This document shows, one piece after another, positions 25,862 to 39,015 of a stretch of 64,000 bases of DNA (position 1 is its first letter; each line of letters begins with the position of its first letter). Source of the DNA: Eledone cirrhosa (Eukaryota); assembly GCA_964016885.1 (NCBI GenBank), contig OZ024766.1, forward strand, positions 4,526,001 to 4,590,000, written 5' to 3'. Made by a program: the position numbers and the translations under genes. A model generated the notes under the pieces. That model had not been told where the DNA came from and made no database searches. It saw only the letters and a list, made by a program, of their open reading frames with translations.

Positions 25862-28191
25862 ATCATCATCATCATCATCATCATCATCACCGTTTTACGT
25901 CCGTTCTTCCACGCTAGCATGGGTTAGACGGGTTGTCCTGTTGTGGGCAGTGTCTGGTCGGCTGACCATGCCTTGCTCATACAGGAACTGATCTGGCTTG
26001 ATTTCTACAGCTGGATGCCCTTCCTAACACCAACCTCATTTACAGTGAGTGCTGGGTGCTTTTTCGTGGCGCCTACACGTCCACTTTACAGTGTGGGCTG
26101 GGTGCTTTTTTGCCGTGGCACCTCCACGACCACCTTGCGGTGGGGGGGGGGGGGGCATATTGTTTATATGCTTCAGCATGTACCCATGGGAGGTCGGGTA
26201 CCCTGTATTACTGCGTGACGCCAGAAGTCACGGTCGTGTGTCATTGACTTTGAGAGGTGTAGTTGGGTAAGGTCGGCTTTTATCACCTCATCCCAAGTCA
26301 TCTTGGGTCTCCCCACTCCGCGGTTTCCATCAACTTCTAGTGCTCTGCACCTTTTTATGCAGCTGTCATCCTTCATACGCATCACATGTCTATACCAGCG
26401 TAACCGCCTCTCCTGCACGCAGCATTTGATTCCTCTTATGCTCAGTCTCTCTCTCAATTCATTTATGCTTTGTCGTTCACGTATATTACTGTTACACATC
26501 CATCGGAGCATGCAGGCTTCGTTTCTCTCTAATCTACGTAAGTCTTCCACCTTCAGCGCCCAGGTCTCACTACCATGCAACATCGCTGTTCGGATACACG
26601 CATCATACAGTCTGCCTTTCATTCTGAGGGAGAAGCCTTTTGCAGCTAGCAGTGGTAGTAGTTCCCTAAACTTCTTCCATCCCGTTCTTACCCTAGTTAT
26701 TGTACTTTCTGAGCACCCACCTCCGTTGCTAATTCGGTCACCTAGGTAGCAGAAGCTGTCTACTGTTTCTACAGGGCCCTCCCAGAGATTGGTGGTACTT
26801 GTTTCCTGTGGCTGTTTGCTTGCTGTTTCAGCACAGCTGCTGCATGTGAATCCTACATTCTTAATTAAGCTTCCTGAGATCCCGCTACATCTCTTGTGTA
26901 CCCATTGTTTGCATTTGGGGCAAAGAATGGAGTTCCTACCTACACCTTTCCTACATACTGAGCAAGGCCATTTCCCTGAGGGGATCTGGGTTCTGTTTTC
27001 TCGTCTACTTATAAGGACCTTAGTCTTTGTCATGTTGACTTTGAGGCCCTTTCTCTCTAGTCCCTGCTTCCAGGTTTGGAATTTATTCTCTAGTTCTACC
27101 ATAGATTCAGCTATGAGTGCGAGGTCATCAGCATACAGGAGTTCCCATGGGCATCCGGTCTTAAACTCCTCCGTTATTGCCTGCAGGACTATGATGAACA
27201 GGAGAGGGCTAAGAACAGAGCCCTGGTGGACCCCAACCTGTACGCTAAATTCCTCGCTATACTCATTGCCAATCCTAACTTTGCTGACTGCTCCCCTATA
27301 CATGGCTTGTACCGCTTTCACAAGCCATTCATCTACTCCTAGTTTTCTAAGAGCCCACCAGATTACTGCACGTGGAACTCTGTCAAAGGCTTTCTCAAGG
27401 TCGACAAATGCCAAGTAGAGTGGCTTACTTTTAGCTAGGTACTTTTCCTGTAATTGCCTCACAAGGAAGAGCGCATCAGTGGTGCCTTTCCCTGGAACAA
27501 ACCCAAATTGCATCTCGTCTATATTCACCCGGTCCCTAATCAGCTGTGCTATAACTCTTTCTGTTACTTTCATGACCTGGTCCATCAACTTTATACCTCT
27601 ATAGTTTCCTCTATCTAGTGCATCGCCTTTACCTTTGTAGCAGTTGACAATGATGCTACTGCACCAATCTTTTGGTATGGCCCCCTCTAGTATTACCTGG
27701 TTAACGATACGTGTGGTTATAGTGTGACCTACAGACCCAGATGCCTTCAGCATCTCGGCAGCTATACCCGATGGACCGGTTGCCTTCCCTATCTTCATAT
27801 CTCTGATTGCCTTACTTACTACGCTGCCGCTGACTTGTACTGCTGGTCCCTCTATAGGGTCTACGTGGGGTAGGGTCTCTTCTTCCCATGCATTCTCCTC
27901 ATTTAGTAATCTATCATAATGACTCTTCCATGCATCTTTCTTCTCAGCACTTGTGAGGGCAAGCTCACCTTTATCATTCCGGATACACTTCTCTCCAATG
28001 ACATCACAACTATCTCTGACACACTGCCTCGCAATCTTGAATACCTCCTGTTTCTGGTCCTCACGTTGTAAAACATGCTTGAATTTTCTATCCTCTGCTT
28101 CCCTCCTAGCTAAGTATACTTGTCGCCTAGCTTCCCTCTTGGTCTCTATGTAATGTACCCTGCTCCCCCCGTTCTTCCATTCTTTCCATGC
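25862..28191 (-). mobile_element. RTE-clade LINE, 5'-truncated
   Basis: RT ORF, ~310 bp 3' UTR, (GAT)n tail at 25862-25888; possible short TSD gtattat on both sides; inserted in a TG/TA-rich repeat. Confidence 0.92.
26173..28191 (-). CDS. RTE reverse transcriptase (partial ORF, endonuclease lost) with internal C4HC3 PHD-like finger
   Basis: Motifs GKATGPSG, NYRGIKL, QFGF, FVDLEKAFD, GVHQGSVLSPLLF, LLYADD, FCYLG, RRLRWY.HV.R, RGVGRP; frame stays open upstream of the Met at 27798 to ~28191 (AWKEWKNGGS...). Confidence 0.92.
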   Translation of the reverse strand, partial: AWKEWKNGGSRVHYIETKREARRQVYLARREAEDRKFKHVLQREDQKQEVFKIARQCVRDSCDVIGEKCIRNDKGELALTSAEKKDAWKSHYDRLLNEENAWEEETLPHVDPIEGPAVQVSGSVVSKAIRDMKIGKATGPSGIAAEMLKASGSVGHTITTRIVNQVILEGAIPKDWCSSIIVNCYKGKGDALDRGNYRGIKLMDQVMKVTERVIAQLIRDRVNIDEMQFGFVPGKGTTDALFLVRQLQEKYLAKSKPLYLAFVDLEKAFDRVPRAVIWWALRKLGVDEWLVKAVQAMYRGAVSKVRIGNEYSEEFSVQVGVHQGSVLSPLLFIIVLQAITEEFKTGCPWELLYADDLALIAESMVELENKFQTWKQGLERKGLKVNMTKTKVLISRRENRTQIPSGKWPCSVCRKGVGRNSILCPKCKQWVHKRCSGISGSLIKNVGFTCSSCAETASKQPQETSTTNLWEGPVETVDSFCYLGDRISNGGGCSESTITRVRTGWKKFRELLPLLAAKGFSLRMKGRLYDACIRTAMLHGSETWALKVEDLRRLERNEACMLRWMCNSNIRERQSINELRERLSIRGIKCCVQERRLRWYRHVMRMKDDSCIKRCRALEVDGNRGVGRPKMTWDEVIKADLTQLHLSKSMTHDRDFWRHAVIQGTRPPMGTC

Positions 28192-28448
28192 GTATTATGT
28201 GTATGTATATGTTGAGTGTGTTGTGTATTATGTGTATGTATTGTGTGTATGTATTGTGTGTATGTATTGTGTGTATGTATTGTGTGTATGTATTGTGTGT
28301 ATGTATGTGTTGAGTGTGTTGTGTATTGTGTGTATGTATTATGTGTATGTATATGTTGAGTGTGTGTGTGTATGTATGTGTTGAGTGTGTTGTGTATTGT
28401 GTGTGTGTGTATGTATTATGTGTATGTATGTGTTGAGTGTGGTGTGTG

Positions 28449-28502
<54 letters not shown>

Positions 28503-28503
<1 letters not shown>

Positions 28504-28970
28504 AGGAAAAAAGATGAAATTGAAAATGGAGTCTTTTTTTAAATATATTTATTTGGTTTCTTTACCAGTTTCGCAGTTCTTGTGCTTTTCAAAAGTAGAA
28601 TTGAGATGGAGGGTCTGTGGTTTTTCTCAATTCTAGAGAAAAACCACAGACACTCCATCTCAACTCTACTTTTGAAAAGCAGAAGAACTGCGAAACCGGT
28701 AAAGGAACCAAATAAATATATATATTTTTTGATGGAGGGTCTGTGGTTTTTCTCACATCAGATGTGAAAAAAACCACAGTCCCTCCATCTCAACTCTACT
28801 TTTGAAAAGCAGAAGAACTGCGAAACCGGTAAAGGAACCAAATAAATATATATTTTTTTTAAAATAAGACTCCAGTTGCATTTTCAATTTCATCTTTTTT
28901 TCTTTATACTTTCACTCGTGTAGGACACCTCGGTTATTTTTCATTTTGTAAAAATACCCTCACTTTCTAA
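28503..28970. mobile_element. Family A element: inverted arm plus two same-sense hammerhead units
   Basis: TTGAAAA cores at 28672 and 28802 (130 nt apart); tail ends in (TA)n. Confidence 0.8.
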
Positions 28971-29040
28971 TATATATATATATATACTTTGATGTATTTA
29001 GTACCTTATTTACTGTGCTTGCCCCCGATTGAACCTGGGA

Positions 29041-29078
<38 letters not shown>

Positions 29079-29295
29079 AACAACTGATGACAACACATAT
29101 TATTGCATGATGATATTTGTTTTTGAAATGCGCATAATAAAATACATGGAACTCTTTTAACCATCTTTTGTTCTTATATATCATGTATACTCCAGTCCTA
29201 CAAACTGTAGAGTGCTTCTTATCCGATATCTGCATTGCTTTATTGTACTACAATAAAACTCACCTCCTACATTATATATATATATATATATACAA

Positions 29296-29405
29296 TATTA
29301 ATAAATGGAAACTATATTTATAAAACCATATTTATTTCATTATACATATTTCAGGGATACCACATTAAATTATGGTATGCCTTCATCAGATAAAATACAA
29401 TATAT
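29296..29405 (-). ncRNA. Family B-related element with hammerhead (~29335-29398)
   Basis: Reverse complement: tattttat-CTGATGA-AGGcATACCA...TGGTATcCCT-GAAA-T(ATGT)A-TA-atgaaata. Confidence 0.7.
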
Positions 29406-29470
29406 AACAGTTTTACAAATACCTTTGACGTACCCTTTTAAAATACAACCATTACTTTTGGAGGCTGTCT

Positions 29471-29512
<42 letters not shown>

Positions 29513-29631
29513 CAAATTAAGATAACAGAAGTTCTTAAATCATTAAATCTTTTCAATTGTTTCAATACAAAGTTTTTCTAACAACACAGAAATAGGCAAA
29601 AGCTAGTCACATTAACGATATTAATGATATA

Positions 29632-30025
29632 TAATAACTGTTTCTATTTTAGGCACAAGGCCAGCAATTACCCCAGTGTATTACTGGTACTTTAGATATA
29701 AAATAATTGTTTCTACTTTAGGCACAAGGCCAGCAATTACCCAGTACATTACTGGTACTTTAGATATATAATAATTGTTTCTACTTTAGGCACAAGGCCA
29801 GCAATTACCCAGTACATTACTGGTACTTTAGATATATAATAATTGTTTCTACTTTAGGCACAAGGCCAGCAATTACCCAGTGCATTACTGGTACTTTATT
29901 TTATCGACCCCGTAAGGATGAAAGGCAAAGTCAACCTCGGCGGGATTTGAACTCAGATCGTAAAGGGACGTAACTATGCTGGAAAGCATGGCGTCCGACC
30001 CTCTACCGATACTGCCAATCCACCG
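29632..30025 (-). mobile_element. S1 SINE with 3' segment repeated 4 times
   Basis: S1 signature; ~68-bp repeated tail units. Confidence 0.85.
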
Positions 30026-30156
30026 AATGATATATAATAATGATTTCTTTATTAGTCACACACGGCTCACATTAAGAAAACATTAAAGACGGCACAAGAT
30101 GGTAAAGTTGGGGTTTTTGTGTAAAATAAACATTAAAAAAGTGAAATATATCTTTG

Positions 30157-30270
30157 CCCGGGTCGCCATGGAAACCTCAGGCGTCCTCAGACCCCGGGTC
30201 GCCATGGAAACCTCAGGCGTCCTCAGACCCCGGGGTCGCCATGGAAACCTCAGGCGTCCTCGGACCTCCG
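30157..30270. promoter_or_regulatory. 36-37 bp tandem triplication containing RFX X-box-like motifs
   Basis: GTCGCCATGGAAAC at 30162, 30198 and 30235. Confidence 0.35.
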
Positions 30271-31940
30271 GGCAGCTGACCTCCTCCGTAAAATGGGAAC
30301 GACAGTTGCCTGTCTGAGTAAAGAGCACTGCGAGGTGGGGTGGCTGTTCCATGGTGCAGTGTTTGTCGCTGGACATTGTGTGTGGGGCAGAGCAGAAACA
30401 CCGCCGCACCCTCGGTCTACAGTGTGTCACCCTCTCCCCTCCCCCTCTCCCCCCTTACATTACCTTAAGTCATTGCTCTTTCCCTCCTTTTCCTCTCATT
30501 TGTAGCATTTACAGTCCTTTACTTTTCTATAGTCAGAACCACCTCACCACTACATAACACCACCTACACCACCATCACTATCACACCACCACTACACCAC
30601 CACCACCACTACTACATAACACCACCTACACCACCATCACTATCACACCACCACTACACCACCACCACCACTACTACGCCTCACCACTACACAACACCAC
30701 CACTGCACCACCACCACCTACACCACCATCACTATCCCACCACTCACCACCACCACCACCACTATCACACCACCACCACCACTATCACCACTACACAACA
30801 CCACCACTACACTACCACTACACCACCACCACCACCACACCACTACCTACACCACCACACCACATCACCACCACAACTACACCACCCCCCCACCCCCACT
30901 ACATCACCCTACACCACCACCTCCACCACTACCACCACCATCACCACCACTACCTACACCACCACCACTCCCCCACCACTACACTACACCACACCACACC
31001 ACACCACTATACCGACCAAGCAGCCATAACACTGATTTGATTATGTTTTCACTGGGACATTTTTGTGTAGAAAATGTGTGTATATATATATATATATATT
31101 TATATATGTGTATATATATATATATGTGTGTGTTTGTATACTCGTATTCGTGACTGTATGTGTGTACATGTATGTATGTATGTATATATATATATGTATG
31201 TGTGTGTATGTGTGTATATATGTTTATATACATGTATAAATAAATATATATATGTGTATGTGTGTGTATATATGTGTATATTCATGTATATGTATAAATA
31301 TATATGTATATGTGTATGTGTGTGTATATATGTGTATATACATGTATATGCATAAATATATATATGTGTGTATGTGTGTGTGTATATATGTGTATATACT
31401 TGTTTAAATAAATATATGTGAGTGTATATATGTGTATATACATGTATGTGTGTATGTGTGTGTATATATGTGTATATACATGTATATGTATAAATATATA
31501 TGTGTATGTGTGTGTATATATGTGTATATACATGTATATGTATAAATATATATATGTGTGTATGTGTGTGTATATATGTGTATATACATGTTTAAATATA
31601 TATATGTGAGTGTATATATGTGTATATACATGTATGTGTGTATGTGTGTGTATATATGTGTATATACATGTATATGTATAAATATATATGTGTGTATGTG
31701 TGTGTATATATGTATATATACATGTATATGTATAAATATATATATATATGTGTATGTGTGTGTATATATGTGTATATACATGTATATGTATAAATATATA
31801 TGTGTGTATGTGTGTGTATATATGTGTATATACATGTATATGTATAAATATATATATGTGTGTGTATATATGTGTATATACATGTTTAAATATATATATG
31901 TGTGTATGTGTGTATATATATGTGTATATACATGTCTATG

Positions 31941-31997
<57 letters not shown>

Positions 31998-32008
31998 ATA
32001 TATATATG

Positions 32009-32066
<58 letters not shown>

Positions 32067-32331
32067 AATATATATATATATATGTGTGTATGTATAAATA
32101 TATATGTGTGTATGTGTATATACGTGTATATATGCGAGTGTGTGTGTGTGTGTGTGTGTGTGAGTACTGACTGGAACGCTAATGTTAAGGAGAGCCCATC
32201 TGGCAACCTGCTGTTGGTATAAGATCTGTCCAATGTAAAATACGTGTGTGTCTGTATATATATATATGTTTGTGTGTATGTATGTGTATATATATATATA
32301 TATATACATGTGTGTGTGTGTGTGTGTGGGT

Positions 32332-32372
<41 letters not shown>

Positions 32373-32610
32373 GGTGTATGTGTATATATATAGGTACATG
32401 TATATATATATATGTGTGTGTGGGTGTATGTGTATATATATAGGTACATGTGTATATATATATGTGTGTGGGTGTATGTGTATATATATATATGTGTGTG
32501 TGTATCTATATGTATATAAATATGCGTATAAATGTATATGTGAATATATATGTATGTATATGTGTATATATATATATACATGTGTGTGTGTGTGTATGTG
32601 TATATATATA

Positions 32611-32701
<91 letters not shown>

Positions 32702-32780
32702 ATATGTATATATATATAAATATGTGTATAAATGTATATGTGTATATATATATATATGTGTATATATATATATATATGTA

Positions 32781-32814
<34 letters not shown>

Positions 32815-32836
32815 CATGTGTGTGTATATATATATA

Positions 32837-32881
<45 letters not shown>

Positions 32882-33637
32882 TTATATGTATATATATATA
32901 TAAATATGTGAATATATATATATGTATATATATGTATGTATATGTGTATATATATATATATATATACATGTGTGTATATATATATATATGTAAATGTGTG
33001 TATATATATATATATGTGTGTGTTTATATATATATATATATATATATAAATATGTGTATAAATGTATATGTGAATATATATATGTATATATATATATGAA
33101 TGTATATGTGTATATATATATATATATATGTGTATATATATGTATGTCATGTCTATATTATAGGCAGAGTATGTAGGTAGGGGGGGGTCTACCAATCACC
33201 ACCACCACCACACCACCACCTCCATCGTCTTTTTGTCTCACTGCCCATCGGGCTGTATGCCTGACTGCCTGCCTCCTGTCAGCCAGTCTCTCTCCCCCTC
33301 TCTCTACCCCTCTCTCTCTCCCTCTCTCTCCCTCCCTCCCCTGTGTACTGCAGTCTGCCGTGACGTGGGGGTGGTTCGGAGTGTGCGGCGGGGGAGGGGG
33401 GTGATGTTTTTGTCCCTGTTTGCCCTGCACCGCCTCTTATTGCTGCCCTTTTTTGTAGAGGAGAATGGCGGGGGTGGGGTGGGGTGAGGGCGGGGGTGAG
33501 GGTGAGGGTGAGGGTGGGGGATGGGGGTAAAGAGCCTGTTGTTGTTGTTGTTGTTGTTGTTTATGGTGTGTTTTTTTTTATTGTTAATCTTTTATTTACC
33601 CACTTAGACTTCGATCCGGTCCGCCCCGCCTTTAGCT

Positions 33638-34600
33638 AACACCGCCACCTCACTACACCGCCACCTCACTACACCGCCACTACACTACACCGCCACCTCA
33701 CTACACCGCCACCTCACTACACCACCACTACACTACCTCACCACCTCACTACACCGCCACTACACTACCTCACCACTACACCGCCACCTCACTACACCGC
33801 CACCTCACTACACCGCCACCACACCGCCACCTCACTACACCGCCACATCACTACACCGCCACCTCACTACACCGCCACTACACCGCCACCTCACTACACC
33901 GCCACTACACTACACCGCCACTACACTACCTCACCACCACACCGCCACCTCACTACACCGCCACCTCACTACACCGCCACCACACCGCCACCTCACTACA
34001 CCGCCACATCACTACACCACCACTACACTACCTCACCACTACACCGCCACCTCACTACACCACCACTACACTACCTCACCACTACACCGCCACCTCACTA
34101 CACCGCCACTACACTACCTCACCACTACACCGCCACCTCACTACACCACCACTACACTACCTCACCACTACACCGCCACCTCACTACACCACCACTACAC
34201 TACCTCACCACTACACCGCCACCTCACTACACCACCACTACACTACCTCACCACTACACCGCCACCTCACTACACCGCCACCACACCACCACCTCACTAC
34301 ACCACCACTACACTACCTCACCACTACACCGCCACCTCACTACACTACACCACCGCCACTACACTACCTCACCACTACACCGCCACCTCACTACACTACA
34401 CCACCGCCACTACACTACCTCACCACTACACCGCCACCTCACTACACCACCACTACACCACCGCACCGCCACTACATTACCTCACTACACCACTACACCA
34501 TACACCACTACACTACCTCACTACACCACACCATACACCACCACTCTAATACACTCCCACCTTACTACACCGCCATACCACTACACCACCTCACACCACC
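33638..34600. repeat. C/A-rich compound minisatellite
   Basis: acaccgccacctcact / ctacactacctcacc units. Confidence 0.9.
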
Positions 34601-34664
34601 ATTTTCGATGAAGCCAGCACTTGGCGAAAAAACACACACGAACCGAGCAATGTGCGAGCAACTA

Positions 34665-34811
34665 TAGGTAGGACCCCAGAATTAGCCGTCGAAACGGCTT
34701 GAGCTCTGCCGTCGGGGTCTTACTTTTTCCTATTTCCCACTCTACTACCCTAAGTATTGAGTACTCTGGTGCGTTATGGTTCATCTGGTTCCTTACCACA
34801 ATTCCTTCGTT
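34665..34811 (+). mobile_element. Family G element
   Basis: agaattagccgtc-GAAA-CGGCT..GCCG-TC-gggg, then tail to (TA)n. Confidence 0.8.
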
Positions 34812-34835
34812 ATATATATATATATACGTATGTAT

Positions 34836-34868
<33 letters not shown>

Positions 34869-35074
34869 TACGTAGAGCAGGGAGCGTATGTGCATATACA
34901 CACATGTACCGTGCCATGTATTCCAATTGTTTGTGTGACTAAGCTTGCTAGAGTTTATACTCAGCACTGTGTTTTTCTTTATTAAGCTCTGATGATTCCT
35001 GCCCAACGGTATGGATGAAACATTGTCAGCAAATAAAAACTGTTTCAGTACGTAAGCGTTCTTTGATTTCTTTT

Positions 35075-35109
<35 letters not shown>

Positions 35110-35114
<5 letters not shown>

Positions 35115-35540
35115 CCGTTGCAATACCATCTTTGTTTGTTTACATGTCTCGCTCGTTTCACCCTATTTTATATATATATGTGTGTGTGACCTCTTCAGTG
35201 ACTGGGGATTCTTTTCTTTGTTTTGGTGCCTCTCCTTTGTTCTGTCCTACGCCATCTTGAGGCACAAAAACAAAGAAAAGAATCCCCAGTCACTGAAGAG
35301 GTCACAGAATGTGCGACGAAAGAACTTTAACAATATATGGACAACCGTCCGTTTGTGGAACCAACCAACCGGAAATTTATAAATTCTTAAATTTATAAAT
35401 TTAATTTATAATAAATTGGGGTGAAAGAACTGGTGCGTGTGTTTCTTATTGGCAACATGACCCTCCCAAAGTATAACAATATCGGTTTCAACACACGTTT
35501 TCAGATAAAGAATCCTGCTAAACAAATTCAGAAACGAAAT
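35110..35540. mobile_element. Family J fold-back with hammerhead at 35289-35331 (+)
   Basis: Arms ~35184-35231 and ~35259-35306; gtca-CTGAAGA-gGTCAC(agaat)GTGcGAC-GAAA-GAAC-TT-taac; second copy 49676-49890 (-). Confidence 0.7.
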
Positions 35541-35698
35541 ATATATATATATGTCATTTTTGACGGGTATTAGGGTATTACAGTTATAAATATTTGGATA
35601 TCAATGTAGTCACTAATAGAGACATCGTAAAAGCTGAGCAGACACTGACCAGCCGACACCTGGTCAGTGTATGTGTTTCAGTGTATGTGTGTGTGTGT

Positions 35699-35730
<32 letters not shown>

Positions 35731-37380
35731 GTGTATGTGTGTGTATGTGTGTGGTGTGTATGTGTGTGTGCGTGGTGTCTGCTATTTCAATGTCCAACAC
35801 TGACAACTCACAATGATGTATTGGTGGTGGTGGTGAAGGTGTAGCAGTGGTGGTGGTGTAGTGGTGGTGGTAGTATAGTGGTGGTGGTGGTGTAGTGGTG
35901 GTGGTGTAGTGGTGGTGGTGTAGTGGTGGTGGTGTAGTGGTGGTGGTAGTGTAGTGGTGGTAGTGTAGTGGTGGTGTAGTGGTGGTGGTGGTGGTGTAGT
36001 GGTGGTGGAGGTGGTGTAGAGTTGGTGGTGGTGGTGGTGGTGGTGGTGGTGGTGTAGTGGTGGTGGTGGTGGTGTAGTAATGATGGTAGTAGTGGTGTAG
36101 TAGTGATGGTAGTAGTGGTGGTGTAGCGTTGGTCGTGGCGATGTTATCTATCTCTGTATGTCTATGTCTAACCCTGTTAAACAAAAAGACAACACCACCA
36201 CCACACCACACCACCACCATCACACCACACCACCACACCACGACACCACCGCCACCACCACACCACCGCCACCACACCACCACCACACCACCACCATCAC
36301 ACCACACCATCACACCACCGCCATGACACCACCGCCACCACCACACCACCGCCACCACACCACCACCACCACACCACACCACCACCACCACACCACACCA
36401 CCACACCACCATCACACCACCTTATCCCATCCTATTCAATAATTTAAAATCAGTTTATCCAATTTAACCAATCAAGCTAATGCAGTGTGTCGTGTGACAA
36501 TACACACACACACACACACATACACACATATATACACACATATATATACATACACACATACACACACACATATATACACACATATATATATACACACACA
36601 TATACATACACACACATATACATACACACATACATACACACATATACATACACACATACATACACACATATACATACACACATATACATACACACATATA
36701 CATACACACATATACATACACACATATACATACACACACATATACATACACACACATATACATACACACACATATATATACACACATATACATATATACG
36801 CACATACATATACATACACGCACATACACACACACATACATATACACACATATACACACACATACATATACATATACACAAATACACATACACATACACA
36901 TACATACACACATACACATACACACACACACACATATATATACACATATATATACATACACACATACATATACACACGCATATATACACACATATACATA
37001 CACACACATACATACACACACACACATACAGACATACATATACACACATATATATACACACATATATACACATATACATACACACACATACAGACATACA
37101 TATACACACATATATATACACATATATATAAATACACACATATATCTACACACATATACATACACGCACATTCACACACACATGCACTTTATAAACACAG
37201 TTTATACACGTATATACACACACATACAGACGTATACATATACACACTACGCACTCTATACATGTACTCATACTTTATACACACATATATACGCACTCTC
37301 TTTTTACAGAGACTTATCACAAGTACACACACTATACCCTTTATATACACACACGTTATAAACGCACATTGTATATATAT

Positions 37381-37413
<33 letters not shown>

Positions 37414-37604
37414 CGCACACTCTTTCCACCTATACCAGTCTTATACTGGGCTCGATCTCTGGAAGAAATCTGTGGTATTCAGACCCAATGAGGAAATGGA
37501 TGCTCCACCGGGTTCAAAGATGCCCTAAGAAACACCTTCTGTCAATATGGCGCCCCTAGGACACCCTCAAGAGTTAAGTGACAAAGGAAAGGAAATGTAT
37601 GTAC

Positions 37605-37627
<23 letters not shown>

Positions 37628-37649
<22 letters not shown>

Positions 37650-37845
37650 CGAAGGAAATGGGGTAAGGAACCAGGTGGACCATAACGCACCAAAGTACTC
37701 AATACTTAGGGTAGTAGAGTGGGTAATAGGAACGAGAAAGACCCCGACGGCTGAGCTCAAGCCGTTTCGACGGCTAATTCTGGACTCAGAGTCCAGAATT
37801 AACCGTCGAAACGGCTTGAGCTCAGCCGTCGGGGTCTTACTCGTT

Positions 37846-37848
<3 letters not shown>
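37628..37848. mobile_element. Family G fold-back
   Basis: Palindrome centred at ctggactc-a-gagtccag (~37788); (TA)n on both sides. Confidence 0.85.
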
Positions 37849-37883
<35 letters not shown>

Positions 37884-37886
<3 letters not shown>

Positions 37887-38613
37887 GTACGTATGTATCC
37901 ATGTACTTGGTGGTGAGGAGGGTGATTTCGGACACCCTGCAGGACAAAAAACCTGACAAAGGGCGGAAGAACTCATAAGAGTCAACAGCCATCCAAAAAT
38001 GTGTAAATATGTATACAGCCATGTTCATATGTATGTATATGTATATATACATGGGTGCTTGTGTATGTATATGCGCTGGGACATAGAAAAGGTCGGACTG
38101 GATACCCGACCACGCGGTTAAACCACTGGGAGTGAAGGACCCCTAGCATTTGTCAGGGCATTCTTCTAGAAGAAGGCAACTCAGGAAACTGGGATAACTC
38201 CGATATAAAACCTGCGGCTCAGTAGTTACCGATGATGTTGATCTTTTCTTCTTTCCGGGTTATAGCTACTGTCTCTCAGAGAGTGGGATTGGCTCAGTGC
38301 ACAGTCTTTCCTCACTTTAAAATATATCTTCACACACAGGCATTGCACGATAGAATTAATTAATTGTTTCTACTTTAGGCACAAGGCCAGCAATTAACCA
38401 GTGCATTACTGGTACTTTATTTTATCGACCCCGTAAGGATGAAAGGCAAAGTCAACCTCGGCGGGATTTGAACTCAGATCGTAAAGGGACGTAACTATGC
38501 TGGAAAGCATGGCGTCCGACCCTCTACCGATACTGCCAAAGAATTAATTAATAATTATTAATAATGGTATATCGTGCAATGGCCATACTCGATAACGAGG
38601 GGGCAGCCATCAT
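37884..38613 (-). repeat. Dispersed repeat X with nested S1 SINE (~38365-38538)
   Basis: Reverse complement of 10460-10880; SINE flanked by duplicated agaattaattaat. Confidence 0.8.
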
Positions 38614-38730
38614 GTATGTGTGTGTGTACGTAAACGTATATGCAAATATATACGCATACACACACACACACATGTAGATACATAAATTCTAAAAATACAT
38701 AAATACGCTAAGAAAAATACTTTTCCCACA

Positions 38731-38777
<47 letters not shown>

Positions 38778-38795
<18 letters not shown>

Positions 38796-38977
38796 AAATG
38801 AAGTAATTCCGTCGGAAAAGTCCAGGAAAAATGAGTGCTCTATGTAGGTAACAGAGCTTAATAGTTATGTAATAAACAACATAAGGCAATTATTTCATTT
38901 ACCAATTGAAAGCAACATTTTTTTGCTTTTAAGAAACCACTAGTAAATGAAATAATTGCCTTATGTTGTTTATTACA

Positions 38978-38982
<5 letters not shown>
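38778..38982. mobile_element. Family H fold-back
   Basis: Arms ~38862-38903 and ~38944-38984; retains stem II-GAAA-stem III but not CTGATGA. Confidence 0.75.

Positions 38983-39011
<29 letters not shown>

Positions 39012-39015
<4 letters not shown>

Noticed and set aside
26303-27418. Plus-strand ORFs of 148 and 209 aa
   Set aside because: Antisense shadows of the RTE ORF
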